Shown: positions 47,441 to 57,245 of the stretch, piece after piece
Layout: every line of letters begins with the position of its first letter
How positions within the stretch are numbered: position 1 is the stretch's first letter
Virus record (IMG/VR): IMGVR_UViG_3300024289_000039
Span: 1 to 58,891 of that record
DNA length: 58,891 nucleotides
Origin: a virus
Taxonomy: Duplodnaviria > Caudoviricetes
Reading direction: 5' to 3' (one strand)
The notes under the pieces: generated by a model
The model's input: only the letters and a program-made list of their open reading frames with translations
Told to the model about the DNA's origin: nothing
The model's database searches: none
Made by a program: the position numbers and the translations under genes

Positions 47441-49933
47441 TTACCTAGCGCCGGGATTGATGCCTGTGCCGGTGCTCACAGAAAACTTCTCGCCAGACAG
47501 CATTTCCAACTTGGCGAGATCCATGGCCGTTTGATTGTCGGCTGTGTTCATGCGCTCGCGGATTGCGAGGTCTGCCGCTGTGCGCTGATCCTCTGCCGCC
47601 TGACGGATACGCTCGCGCTCCAATTCCAGTTGACGCGCACGCTCCTTCTCTGCCATAGCCATTTGATCCGACTGCTGGGACTGAGCGAGCTTCTGCTGTT
47701 CGAGCTGAATGCGCTGGGCGTCCGCCTGTGCGCGCTGCTGAAGAGCCTGCTGCTGAATGCCAGCGTTGATCTGGGCGATCTGCATTGAGTTGTCGGGAGG
47801 CATCGGAGGCTGCGGCTTGAATTGCTGCGCCGCCTGATCGATCTGCGCGAGCTCCTGCGCAAAAGCCCCGAGCTGCTGCTCGATGAACTGTTGCACTTTC
47901 ATGATCACCTGAACCTGCTCGTTGGCTTCAGATTGGATCAATTCGTCACGCTGCGCCATGTCAACCGCATTGTGCGCCTCAACCAGATAGTAATTCAGCA
48001 GGTGATCCCGCAGATGAATCGCCATCGGATAGATGTACTGCTTCATGATCGCAGGATTGCTGCCGAACAGCGGCGACTTCAAGAACGCCATGTGCGTCTG
48101 AAGGTGCGCGATGTGATCCTGTTTCGGCAGGACGTAAATCGGGCGACCCATCGACGCTGCGACGTTCTCAGAGACCGGATCCATGTCTTCGGATCCAGGT
48201 TTCGGCTGAAGAACCTCGTTCTGAGGAATCTTCATGTCACGCAGGAACCGCTCTTCGACTTTCCGCTGATCATACATCTGCGGGAGCATCGCAGCGCGCT
48301 GCATGAGTGCCTGCGTCTGGACGAACCGCTGTGTGTCGCTGAAAATCTGCGGATCGCTGACCGGGATCACGTCCATCGGACCATCAAAGTCGGACGGGTC
48401 GATCTCGAGGCCAGCGTAGTTGGCTTCAATGTCTTCCTCGGTCAGATATGCCGAGTTGATCCGGTGCAGGATCTTGAAGCAGCGCGCCATCGAGTTGTGC
48501 AGACGCGAATGGATCGAGCTGAACACGACCATTCCCTGCTCGATGAGCGCCATTGTGGTGCCGACAGGCTGATTAGGGTTCGCATCAGACAGTTTCTCGA
48601 AAGAAGTCTGAACAACGCCCTTGCCTGCTTCGACGAGGAACCCAAGCAGGCTGAAAAGTGTCGGACTCGGGCCGTTGAAGGGCAACGGCATCGCGATTTT
48701 GCGGACATCGTCGACCAATGCGCCGCCTTCAATCTCGACAACCTCCGTCGGCTGGACATTCAGCGTCTGTCCGCCGGGTCCGCCCTTCAATTTCAAAAGC
48801 GTCGGGACATTCTGGATGTGCGCCGAGTCAAGCAGAGCGCGCAAAGCCCCAGTGGCAGCACCACTCAGGCCACCGATCATGTGCGTCAGGCCGATCGGGT
48901 ATGCTCCGCGCCACGGAACGAACGGAAATTCGACGATCCAGTCGAGTTCTTTGCGCTGCTCGTCGTCGGGTTCCCAGTTTCTGTAGAGACTGAGAGCTTT
49001 TCCGCTGGTTTTGTCGATGGAAATGATGTATGGCTCGGGTCCATCTTCAAAATCGAGGCGCGTATAGACCTCGAAAATGGTCCGCAGACCATCTTCGTTG
49101 TAGGAATTGTCCTGCCTGCCTTCGATTTTGTCGTTGGCTTTGGTCGATTGGCTGAAATCCGGCTCTTCAGGCACCCCGACATCAACATCACGGTACATTC
49201 CAGACGTCACTCGACGCTGATATTCCATTTTCGTGATGTACTGGACGTGCGTTTTCCGCTCTGCAGTGTAGAAATTTGTCGCTGCAAATGGAAGATATAT
49301 GTCGTCGATGGGCACGAACTCAGACATCGGGCGACGATACTGGCTCGACCACATGAATTTGAGGTACTGGCCACCACCGAGCGGGAGCTGTGTGCTCAGC
49401 TGCTCCAATTCAGAGCGGAACTCGACCATCTGCTCGGTCGTCTGCCAATTCATGAAGGCAGCTTTGCGTTCTGCCTTGGCAACCTTCTCGCGATCCTGCT
49501 CGCCGAGGATCTTGCTTTTCACCGGACCCGTGGGCGGGAAAGCCTCTTTCATGAACCTCGCCGAGAAGTCCACGCAAGATTCGACGAGCAGCGGGTGAAC
49601 GACCTTGTTGGCACCAGTGAATTGCGCGCCACCGGGTGCGTCATCGCCGAGGCCAGTGCGACGGAGCCCTTCTTCGTAGAGCTTATCACGCTTTTCGCGA
49701 GCCTCTTTGTCCTTGCTGATCTTGTCAAGCAAGTCCGAGACGATGTCGGTCAGAGCTGCCTGATCGACTTCATCGACGATGTTGGCGAAATGTTCGAGAT
49801 GGCGCTGCTCGTCTTCGTCGTTCTGAAGGCGGATCACAGCGCCGCCATCCTCGGTGTCTTCGACCTCGAGAGTTTCTTCCTCAAGACGAATCACTTCGCC
49901 AGCTTCGTCGTCTTTTTCGAATTCGTCGGCCAT
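47441..49933 (-). CDS. Portal protein
   Basis: 830 aa, VHPLLVESCVDF, YPIGLTHMIGGL, PVGTTMALIEQG, Gln-rich helical barrel C-terminus. Confidence 0.88.
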   Translation of the reverse strand: MADEFEKDDEAGEVIRLEEETLEVEDTEDGGAVIRLQNDEDEQRHLEHFANIVDEVDQAALTDIVSDLLDKISKDKEAREKRDKLYEEGLRRTGLGDDAPGGAQFTGANKVVHPLLVESCVDFSARFMKEAFPPTGPVKSKILGEQDREKVAKAERKAAFMNWQTTEQMVEFRSELEQLSTQLPLGGGQYLKFMWSSQYRRPMSEFVPIDDIYLPFAATNFYTAERKTHVQYITKMEYQRRVTSGMYRDVDVGVPEEPDFSQSTKANDKIEGRQDNSYNEDGLRTIFEVYTRLDFEDGPEPYIISIDKTSGKALSLYRNWEPDDEQRKELDWIVEFPFVPWRGAYPIGLTHMIGGLSGAATGALRALLDSAHIQNVPTLLKLKGGPGGQTLNVQPTEVVEIEGGALVDDVRKIAMPLPFNGPSPTLFSLLGFLVEAGKGVVQTSFEKLSDANPNQPVGTTMALIEQGMVVFSSIHSRLHNSMARCFKILHRINSAYLTEEDIEANYAGLEIDPSDFDGPMDVIPVSDPQIFSDTQRFVQTQALMQRAAMLPQMYDQRKVEERFLRDMKIPQNEVLQPKPGSEDMDPVSENVAASMGRPIYVLPKQDHIAHLQTHMAFLKSPLFGSNPAIMKQYIYPMAIHLRDHLLNYYLVEAHNAVDMAQRDELIQSEANEQVQVIMKVQQFIEQQLGAFAQELAQIDQAAQQFKPQPPMPPDNSMQIAQINAGIQQQALQQRAQADAQRIQLEQQKLAQSQQSDQMAMAEKERARQLELERERIRQAAEDQRTAADLAIRERMNTADNQTAMDLAKLEMLSGEKFSVSTGTGINPGAR

Positions 49934-49954
49934 GGTGATTCCTTAGAACTTCGA

Positions 49955-52900
49955 CTACTGATTGCGTAGCACTTTGATCCAGGCTTGAATGTTTGATTCA
50001 GGAACGCCCTTTTCCGCAGCCAGCTTTGCTAGATCGTTCAATGTGTAATAACCCGGTGGGATCTTTTCCGCAGAACCGGGGAGCCTTTGTCCCTCGAAAA
50101 CTTTGACCATGTCTGCATTCCGGAGCTCACCTACGTCGTACCAGTTCCTTGACTTAATAAAATCTTGAACGAACGGGATGTATTCGTCAACAGGCTTTGC
50201 GTTGCCTTTGCCTTTAATCTGATTAATTGTTACGATTTCGCCGCCAGCCTGCCTTATTTTGTCAAGTTCTTCCCTCATGCCCGCTTGGCTCTCTTCATAA
50301 AAATAATTATGGAACTCACGCTCCCTCGGAGCTTGCTTCTGTGCGAGGTCTGCAGTCGCATCCTGCATTTTAAAGTAAAAATCTTCCGATTCCTCGTCAA
50401 TGTTTGGATATTTACTTTTAATTTTCCTGTAGGCTAGATCCGTGTATTCGTCCATCCTTTCATCAACAACCCTTTGGATGGCACGATCATGCGCTTTTTT
50501 TGTCAAATTTTTTAGCATGGTGTAAGGAAGATCTTCTTCCATAATATCAATGTCGGATTTTCCTGTGTCAATATTTTTTATACGTTTAACTTCAATCGTG
50601 ACATGCGGCTCGCCTTTGCTGTCACGCAACGAGTAGATTTCGGTTTTGCCTGCCTCAACCTGTGGGCAATACGAGCCACCGCCGACACAATGGCCCATCG
50701 TGTCGCCTTCGTACTTTAGAGCCTTTTCGAGTTCGTCTTTATTGCCAGTTGGTTTTATTTGGACCCAGCCGAGACCTCTCTCGTTGGGGTAGTTCGTTTC
50801 CGGAACAACGTCGTATTGTTTGAACGGGACGGTCGCCGCATTGCGAGAAGCTTCGATCTTGGCTTTCGCTCGCTGTGCCTCGCGCCATTCGTTGATCTTC
50901 GCGACATGCTCGACCGCCTGCGACATCGAGAATTTCTCGAGTTTGGCAGGGTCGATCTTCAGCCGGTCTGGCAGGTTCGAGTTTGGCAACGTAGCATTGC
51001 GAAGCTCGTCGACAAGATGGCCGAACCCGAGAGCAGGGTTGCTTGATATGTGACGAGGGACGTTTATCTGAGTGTCGTCGGGAGCTCCAATTAGTGCTTC
51101 AAGTCCTTTTTTCTCAAGAGCCTCGTCTGCCCAATCTGCTTTCAATGAGCGAGCAATGGATGCTTGTGTTGCTTTTTCCCATGCGCGACTCAAGTCCGTC
51201 TCGCCGATGAGATTAGGATTGTAGCTAAACCCTCCGCCTGCCGTCGGAGTCCACTTGTCATTAGGATTAAGAGCAAATGGACGATATTCAGGAATCGCAT
51301 TAGCCCGATCGATTATTTGATCGCTAGGAATATGCAAACGACCGCTGACTTCAGCAACATCGATCAAAGGATCAGCAACTGTGCCCATCTGGTTTTTGAT
51401 GTAGCTTTTCAGCTTTGTGTCGATCCATTTTCCAACTGAATCAGCAGATTTTTCTCCAATGTCTGCTCCTTCATTTAATTGATGAAGAGCCCAAACAGAT
51501 CGATCGAGGTCTGGTTGTGTCCAATTGCCTCCGGGCTTCTTGACACCGTACGTGTCAACCAGATCTGTTAGCGTCTTCTCGCCACGACGGATCGGTCCTG
51601 CACCCAACGCGACACCTGTGCCCTTCACTGGTGCAGCGACGCCGCCCAAGATGTTGCCGACCATCTCGGGGATGTATGGCATGGCGAGGCGGAGGTTGCC
51701 TTCGTCCATCGTCAGAGGGAACAGCGCAGGACGCATGCCCCATTTCATCCGATTGCCTTCGGCGTCGACCGGGTAATAGCCGAGATCGTCCTGCTTGATG
51801 TCGACCGCGCGATTCGGGATCATGACACCTTGCAGATCGATCATCGCCTGCGTCGCAGGGTCGAGTCGCGCCTCAAGTTCCTCGCGCGGATAAGGCGAGG
51901 ACTCGATAGAATCCATGCCGGTGAATGACCCCATGGGATCATAGGAAGGCATCACCGGACCACCCTTGTCGAACGACTGCTCGCGCTGTTTCGGGGAGAC
52001 GTTGCGCTGCCAGTTGCTCAGAGCGTCAGAGTATTGATCCTCGTAGGTCGTGAATGGCCCGACGGTGAGCGGGAGATTGTACTTCCGCGCCAGAGCCTCC
52101 CACTCCTGCGCCTTCTCGCGCCCCATCGATGCAGGACCACGGCTGTAGGCCTCGCGAGCGAGTTCGCGCGCTCGCTCCTGGAGCTTTTCGCTGTCGCCCT
52201 CGAACATTGGCTTGAATTTGACTTCGCCGCCTTTGGCGTAGTCCCAGGACATCGGCGAGTAGCCCATCGAACCCCAGCTGCTCGAATAGTCCGAGAGGCT
52301 GGGGCTGAATGACGTCAGGCCACTGGCACCTTCGCCGAGCGAACCGGGCGACGAGAACATGCCATAGTCATTGTTCAACCCGACATTGCTCACCGCCAGA
52401 GTCGGCAACGAGGACTGCGAGCCGTAAAACTGGTTGGCGTCGGAGAACAGCGTGTAGTTGGGATTGTAGGTGTCGGGAACGGTCGTCGGCGTCTGCTGCA
52501 TCAGAGAGTTGTTGAGAGCTTGCGCGCGCTCATCAGCTGCCTGCTGCTCGAAAGAGGTTGTCGCAGTCGGTCCAGAGAACCAGTTGGTGTCAAACGGATT
52601 GCCCGTCATCGGATCGCCGAGGGCGAATGTCTGATAGGCGGTCATCGGATCGACGTCAGGCTGCTGAGACTTTGCGTAGTCGGCGAACTCCTGCTCGGTC
52701 GGCCGAGAGGGCGGAACCGGCGGAGTCCAAAGAGCATTGCGTTGGTTCTGGAGCTGCGAGAGCTTCTGCGTCAGATCGGGGTTGTTGCGCGCATCGTAGA
52801 ACCGATTGTAGATCGAAAGGTCTTCACCTCCCGGGACCAATGCATTGGTGAATCCTGTGCCGGGTGAGGGCTGACCCTGCTGGAAGCCACGCCAGTCGGT

Positions 52901-54442
52901 CTGGGTGGTCAGCACTCGGTTCTTGCCCTCCATGAAATAATCTTCGAGGGCTTTCTGGGCGAGGTACAACGATTCAATCTTTTGCGGATCATCGCTGTTG
53001 ATCAACGAGTTGATCCGGCTCGTCGCAAATGCGCCTTCGACCTGACTCGGGGTGATCTGCCCGGCGAGCGTCTGGCTACCACGGACATAGTACGGAGCGA
53101 TGGTGTTGGCGGCAGCGCGATTGCCGATGGCTTCGTAGATGGCGCGGTACTGATCGTAGCTCTGGGGTGTGCCGTACTCGCCCAAGCCTGCGCGCAGCAT
53201 CATCGTGTAGTCTTGCTGGGTTGGCTTGTAGCCCCAATACGTCTGCCAGCGATCAGGAGCGTTGGTCTGCTCGACCACCGTCACATTCTGATCTTCCGGT
53301 TGCGCGCGATTGCCCAGCAGCTTGTCGAGCATTGCGTACTTCTGCTGGCCTTCTTCGCTTGTCGCGAACTGCTGGCCAATGTCGCTGAGAGTCAGACCGC
53401 CTTGATTGGCAGTGTCGCGCCAATAGTCGATGGCTGCTTGGCTCTCGGGGTCGCGTTCGAAGTAGTTGCGGTACAAGCCACGGATCTGCTCGTCGGTCAC
53501 AGGACCGCCGCCTTTTGCGTAACCTTGCACTTCGCCGCCTTCGGCGAACTTCGGCGTCTCGCCTGTGTACAGATAGCGCACCACCTCCGGATCTTTGATC
53601 AGGAGGTTGTCGGCAACAAACAAATCATCGACATTTGAATTTCTTGGCTTGCCCTGTCTTGCTCTTGCCAGTGACTTTACCAAAGGGTCTGTCATCAATG
53701 CTCCAGGATCGATGATGTTCTTTATCAAAATGGATTTTACATCAGGATCCTCTAAAGCAGAGAAATAGGCAGGGTTCCGATATCCCCTGTTGCGGACTTT
53801 GTCTTTGTAAAAGAAATCGTTCCAGTATTGTCCTTCTGCATCTAGGACGACATCTGGGTCTTTTACTGTCTTCAAAGGTATAACTGTGCCACCGAACTGA
53901 GTGTATGTGTTCGCAACATCAGGATTGTTTGAAGCCCATGCATAATCTTTTGTGTTGTTGGGTGCAATAAAAACATCCCCTTCGTTTCGCTCTTTCACGT
54001 GCAGCCCGGAGACTTGGTCGTCAAGCTGCTTGCGCAATCTCGGGATGCCACGATAGAAAACATTTTGAATCTTGGTCAGAGGACTAGCTTCCGCCTCCGT
54101 CGGATCCATGACGGTGAGCGCAGCGCCAGTGCCCAACGCAGCCTTGCCCATCTTCGTCGCCGGACCGAGCGGACCCGCAGCCATCAGCGCAACGTCTGCG
54201 GGCGATTGCGGGACCAGCAGATCGATCAGCCCAGTGGTGCGGCCAGCCTTGGCAGCTAGACGATCTGCGATGCGCTGTGCATCTTCCTCGCTGCCGCCTT
54301 TCGAGATGACGTAGTCGTAAGTCTGCTTGGCGATCTCCTCCGGCATCCCCATCGTCTTGTCCCAAGCGTCGGAGACAGACTTGGTCGCCTTTTCGGCGTA
54401 GGCGAGCAGACGATCGGTCAGGGAGGATTTGTCATCGGCCAT
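49955..54442 (-). CDS. Large polyvalent protein: ART-like, DUF4214-like, SleB-like and PcfJ-like domains
   Basis: FYRG...WASNNPDVANTY (ART fold); LYRNYFERDPE..IDYW (DUF4214); MLRAGLGE...IGNR (SleB-like, weak); EGDTMGHCVG, IYSLRD..GEPHVTIEV, QIKGKGN (PcfJ). Confidence 0.75.
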   Translation of the reverse strand: MADDKSSLTDRLLAYAEKATKSVSDAWDKTMGMPEEIAKQTYDYVISKGGSEEDAQRIADRLAAKAGRTTGLIDLLVPQSPADVALMAAGPLGPATKMGKAALGTGAALTVMDPTEAEASPLTKIQNVFYRGIPRLRKQLDDQVSGLHVKERNEGDVFIAPNNTKDYAWASNNPDVANTYTQFGGTVIPLKTVKDPDVVLDAEGQYWNDFFYKDKVRNRGYRNPAYFSALEDPDVKSILIKNIIDPGALMTDPLVKSLARARQGKPRNSNVDDLFVADNLLIKDPEVVRYLYTGETPKFAEGGEVQGYAKGGGPVTDEQIRGLYRNYFERDPESQAAIDYWRDTANQGGLTLSDIGQQFATSEEGQQKYAMLDKLLGNRAQPEDQNVTVVEQTNAPDRWQTYWGYKPTQQDYTMMLRAGLGEYGTPQSYDQYRAIYEAIGNRAAANTIAPYYVRGSQTLAGQITPSQVEGAFATSRINSLINSDDPQKIESLYLAQKALEDYFMEGKNRVLTTQTDWRGFQQGQPSPGTGFTNALVPGGEDLSIYNRFYDARNNPDLTQKLSQLQNQRNALWTPPVPPSRPTEQEFADYAKSQQPDVDPMTAYQTFALGDPMTGNPFDTNWFSGPTATTSFEQQAADERAQALNNSLMQQTPTTVPDTYNPNYTLFSDANQFYGSQSSLPTLAVSNVGLNNDYGMFSSPGSLGEGASGLTSFSPSLSDYSSSWGSMGYSPMSWDYAKGGEVKFKPMFEGDSEKLQERARELAREAYSRGPASMGREKAQEWEALARKYNLPLTVGPFTTYEDQYSDALSNWQRNVSPKQREQSFDKGGPVMPSYDPMGSFTGMDSIESSPYPREELEARLDPATQAMIDLQGVMIPNRAVDIKQDDLGYYPVDAEGNRMKWGMRPALFPLTMDEGNLRLAMPYIPEMVGNILGGVAAPVKGTGVALGAGPIRRGEKTLTDLVDTYGVKKPGGNWTQPDLDRSVWALHQLNEGADIGEKSADSVGKWIDTKLKSYIKNQMGTVADPLIDVAEVSGRLHIPSDQIIDRANAIPEYRPFALNPNDKWTPTAGGGFSYNPNLIGETDLSRAWEKATQASIARSLKADWADEALEKKGLEALIGAPDDTQINVPRHISSNPALGFGHLVDELRNATLPNSNLPDRLKIDPAKLEKFSMSQAVEHVAKINEWREAQRAKAKIEASRNAATVPFKQYDVVPETNYPNERGLGWVQIKPTGNKDELEKALKYEGDTMGHCVGGGSYCPQVEAGKTEIYSLRDSKGEPHVTIEVKRIKNIDTGKSDIDIMEEDLPYTMLKNLTKKAHDRAIQRVVDERMDEYTDLAYRKIKSKYPNIDEESEDFYFKMQDATADLAQKQAPREREFHNYFYEESQAGMREELDKIRQAGGEIVTINQIKGKGNAKPVDEYIPFVQDFIKSRNWYDVGELRNADMVKVFEGQRLPGSAEKIPPGYYTLNDLAKLAAEKGVPESNIQAWIKVLRNQ

Positions 54443-54445
54443 GGC

Positions 54446-54724
54446 TTACCACTTCACTTTGTCAGCCCAGTATGCTGCGGACGACGGACCTTTGGCAATG
54501 TTCTTTGAATGACGAGCCTTGAACGAGGCGCGCTTGGTCTTCATGCGGTCGGACTCGCCGGACTTGGGCTTGCCAGCAGTCTTGGCTCCTTGCTCGCCGA
54601 ACCGGATGATCTTCTCAGAGCCATTGGTGCAGGCTTTGACGATGTGCGACTTGGTCGGGTGGCTCGGGGTGCGCTTTGGCTTGTTGCAGGCCATTGCGCT
54701 TTTGTCGACTCGCTGGACCATCAT
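54446..54724 (-). CDS. Small basic conserved phage protein
   Basis: NKPKRTPSHPTKSH...IRFGEQG...RASFKARH...AAYWADKVKW. Confidence 0.8.
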   Translation of the reverse strand: MMVQRVDKSAMACNKPKRTPSHPTKSHIVKACTNGSEKIIRFGEQGAKTAGKPKSGESDRMKTKRASFKARHSKNIAKGPSSAAYWADKVKW

Positions 54725-54900
54725 TTGCTCCGGGCTGCGCGCATGTTGTCGACGAGGTTCGGATAGGGGCGACCCGCAGCTTTGGCCGCAGCTTTGGCAC
54801 TGGCCTTTGCGGAGTCAGAGAGCTTGGAGGGTTTGCCCAGAGATGCCGGACGCTTCTTGTCCCAGATCGGTTTCGGTGCTGGCTTTGCTTTCTTAGGCAT
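54721..54900 (-). CDS. Small basic protein
   Basis: Manual translation MPKKAKP...AAGRPYPNLVDNMRAARSK (59 aa), coupled at both ends. Confidence 0.7.
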   Translation of the reverse strand: MPKKAKPAPKPIWDKKRPASLGKPSKLSDSAKASAKAAAKAAGRPYPNLVDNMRAARSK

Positions 54901-55135
54901 TGCGATGCTCCTTGATGAAAGCGTCGAGCTTGTTGTCTAGTCGATCCAACCGATCCAGCACGCGATTGATGTCGTTGTGGACATCGACTTTGGTCACATA
55001 TTCCTTGGCGATCTCTTCTCTGGTGCGATTGAGGAGGATGCCGAGGCGATGAAGCTCATTTGTCTTCTCTCGCAAGAAGAACCCAAGCAGACCAACCACC
55101 AAAGAAAGAACCGTGTTCCAAAGCATCAGCTCCAT
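54893..55135 (-). CDS. Small membrane protein (holin-like)
   Basis: One TM helix + YVTKVD...LDRLDNKLD coiled coil. Confidence 0.55.
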   Translation of the reverse strand: MELMLWNTVLSLVVGLLGFFLREKTNELHRLGILLNRTREEIAKEYVTKVDVHNDINRVLDRLDRLDNKLDAFIKEHRNA

Positions 55136-55143
55136 GATTGGTC

Positions 55144-56715
55144 TCACGCCGCATAGGGGTTGATCCGCTCTCGCTTTGGTTGCTTGGGCTCATCGATGTC
55201 CCTCGCCTTCGGAAGCTCAAACCAACCGTCGTTCTTCAGATAGATCACCGCCTGTGTGAATGTGTCAACATAGTCGTCGTGATCTGCGACCGGGAACTTG
55301 GTCAATTGCTTCATGAAAGCATCGGCCCAACTTACTGGCAGCCCTCTATTCTTGCCTGACTCTGGGATCCAAAGCAACCCCAATTCCAGAGTGGGAGCAG
55401 CTTGATGAGCGCGCGATATTTTGTCAGCGGCTCCGGGATTGTAGGCGACCACTGGCACTTTGGCCAGACGCAGATCTTGAATAAGCGATTGACCAGAGGC
55501 TTTGGCCTCGACCAAGATGCGGTCAGGGCGCCGCGCGCGGTTGTGCGGGGATTGCTTGGTCATTCCGCCATATTCGGTCTGCCAGTCGTTGATCGCCCGT
55601 TTGCGCAGCTCGGGATAGGACAGATGCTCGTCCCATGCGTCAATTAGCATTGCGTTGCGCTCACCATCATGGGTGAAGATTGCCCAGACTGTGCAAGCTG
55701 TCGGGTCGCCCGTTGTCTTCTCGGTGAATGCGCAATCGTACGACTGCAGAATGTACTCAAACGGAGGGAGACCCTTCTCCGATGGCCAAAGGTTGAAGAA
55801 CTTGGTCTTGAGGATGCCGCCTTCGGCTGGCGTGGGATCTTGCTGCAGCTGCCCGGCTGTGCCATAGGCTCCGAGCGATTGCTTCAGGCTGGCGATCTCT
55901 TGCTCGCCGAAACGGTCTGGGCAGATCAGCTCGCCCTTGGTCTCTCGAGGATCGTACGGGCCGAGGACAGTCTTGCGCTTGACGCCATCCCACTCTGCCG
56001 GAATGCAGATGTGCTCCCATCCCCCGATCTCGTTCAGGATCAGACCGCTGACGTCTCGTTCATGCAACCTCTGCATGACGGTGACCATTGCATCCTTCTT
56101 GGGGTCGTTGAGACGGGTCGACCAGACCATGTTGAACCATTCAATGGCCGACTCGCGCATTACGTCAGACTGTGCCTCTTGCGCCGAATGCGGGTCGTCG
56201 AGGATCAGGCGCGAGCCGCCTTCGCCCGTCGCCGTACCACCCACAGAGGTTGCGATACGGTAGCCTGTCTTGTCATTCTCGAACCGCTGCTTTGCGTTCT
56301 GGTCGCCTGCCAAGGCGAACAGATGCCCCCAACGCTCCTGATACCAAGGCGACTGGACCAATCGACGAGCTTTGAGATTGTCTCGGATCGAGAGGTTCGA
56401 GGAATAAGAGGCACAAAGATACTTGTGCTGAGGGTTGGCCAGCCATTCCCACATCGGCCACATCACGCTCACAATGGTCGATTTGGAATGGCGAGGTGGG
56501 ATGTTGATTAGCAGCCTGCGGATGTCGCCCGCTGTCACTGCCTCAAGATGCTCGCAGATTTCCTCGATGTGCCAAGACGGTATGAAGTTAATTCCCGGCT
56601 CGACCACATGCCAAGATTGTTTGACGAACTCGTACAATGACGCCGAGGCCAATCGCCTTTCGCGCTCCCGTTTGATCATGTCGAGCATGACCGCTGGGCT
56701 CAGGGGCGCATTCAT
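55144..56715 (-). CDS. terL: Terminase large subunit
   Basis: INIPPRHSKST Walker A, ILDDP Walker B, SYDCA and HDDYVD nuclease motifs. Confidence 0.95.
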   Translation of the reverse strand: MNAPLSPAVMLDMIKRERERRLASASLYEFVKQSWHVVEPGINFIPSWHIEEICEHLEAVTAGDIRRLLINIPPRHSKSTIVSVMWPMWEWLANPQHKYLCASYSSNLSIRDNLKARRLVQSPWYQERWGHLFALAGDQNAKQRFENDKTGYRIATSVGGTATGEGGSRLILDDPHSAQEAQSDVMRESAIEWFNMVWSTRLNDPKKDAMVTVMQRLHERDVSGLILNEIGGWEHICIPAEWDGVKRKTVLGPYDPRETKGELICPDRFGEQEIASLKQSLGAYGTAGQLQQDPTPAEGGILKTKFFNLWPSEKGLPPFEYILQSYDCAFTEKTTGDPTACTVWAIFTHDGERNAMLIDAWDEHLSYPELRKRAINDWQTEYGGMTKQSPHNRARRPDRILVEAKASGQSLIQDLRLAKVPVVAYNPGAADKISRAHQAAPTLELGLLWIPESGKNRGLPVSWADAFMKQLTKFPVADHDDYVDTFTQAVIYLKNDGWFELPKARDIDEPKQPKRERINPYAA

Positions 56716-57182
56716 TCGGCGTCAACTGCCTTGGTCAGCATCTTCTGCATGGCCAATAGCTCATCGTCGTTCAGACCTTTGAGGTTGAGCGAGGCGATCG
56801 CGATCGGTCCGCCGCCATGGCCGGTGTGCTCCTGAACGACCCTATCACCGTACTTGCGCGGTGCGATCTTGGACGCATGCCAACGCCGAGCGTCCATGCG
56901 GTTGCGCGCACGATGGTTGTCGGTCTCGGTGTCGGCGATCTCGATGGTTTGATCAGCGAAGTAATCTGACTGAATCTGCCGAGCTCGCGCGTACTCTTGA
57001 TAGAGATCTTCGGAGCTCTGCGCCCAGTTTATGAACACACCATAGTCCGGCTGATCTTCCTCTTTGCAAATGCGCGTCAGAGATTCGCCATTCGACATCC
57101 GCCATAGAATGTGACGGAAAACTTCCAGATCTACGTTCTTGCTGGTGTATCCACTCGATTGTGCTTTGGGAAGGCGACCCAC
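56712..57182 (-). CDS. terS: Terminase small subunit
   Basis: GESLTRIC HTH, YARAR, IAD, DARRWHASKIAPRKYGD. Confidence 0.88.
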   Translation of the reverse strand: MGRLPKAQSSGYTSKNVDLEVFRHILWRMSNGESLTRICKEEDQPDYGVFINWAQSSEDLYQEYARARQIQSDYFADQTIEIADTETDNHRARNRMDARRWHASKIAPRKYGDRVVQEHTGHGGGPIAIASLNLKGLNDDELLAMQKMLTKAVDAE

Positions 57183-57214
57183 TGCCAACTCCTGATGCAA
57201 CGATGTGATGAGAG

Positions 57215-57243
57215 ATTATCCTCCCATCACACCGAGAAAGCAA
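57215..57243 (-). promoter_or_regulatory. Sigma70-like promoter for packaging/late genes
   Basis: TTGCTT-N17-GATAAT upstream of terS. Confidence 0.55.
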
Positions 57244-57245
57244 AC

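Noticed and set aside
47822-49969. Long plus-strand ORFs (715 aa here; also 21087..22646, 23058..24437, 24512..25855, 26373..27845, 43468..45123, 9941..10909)
   Set aside because: Antisense shadows of well-supported minus-strand genes with biased codon usage; no recognisable motifs or RBS
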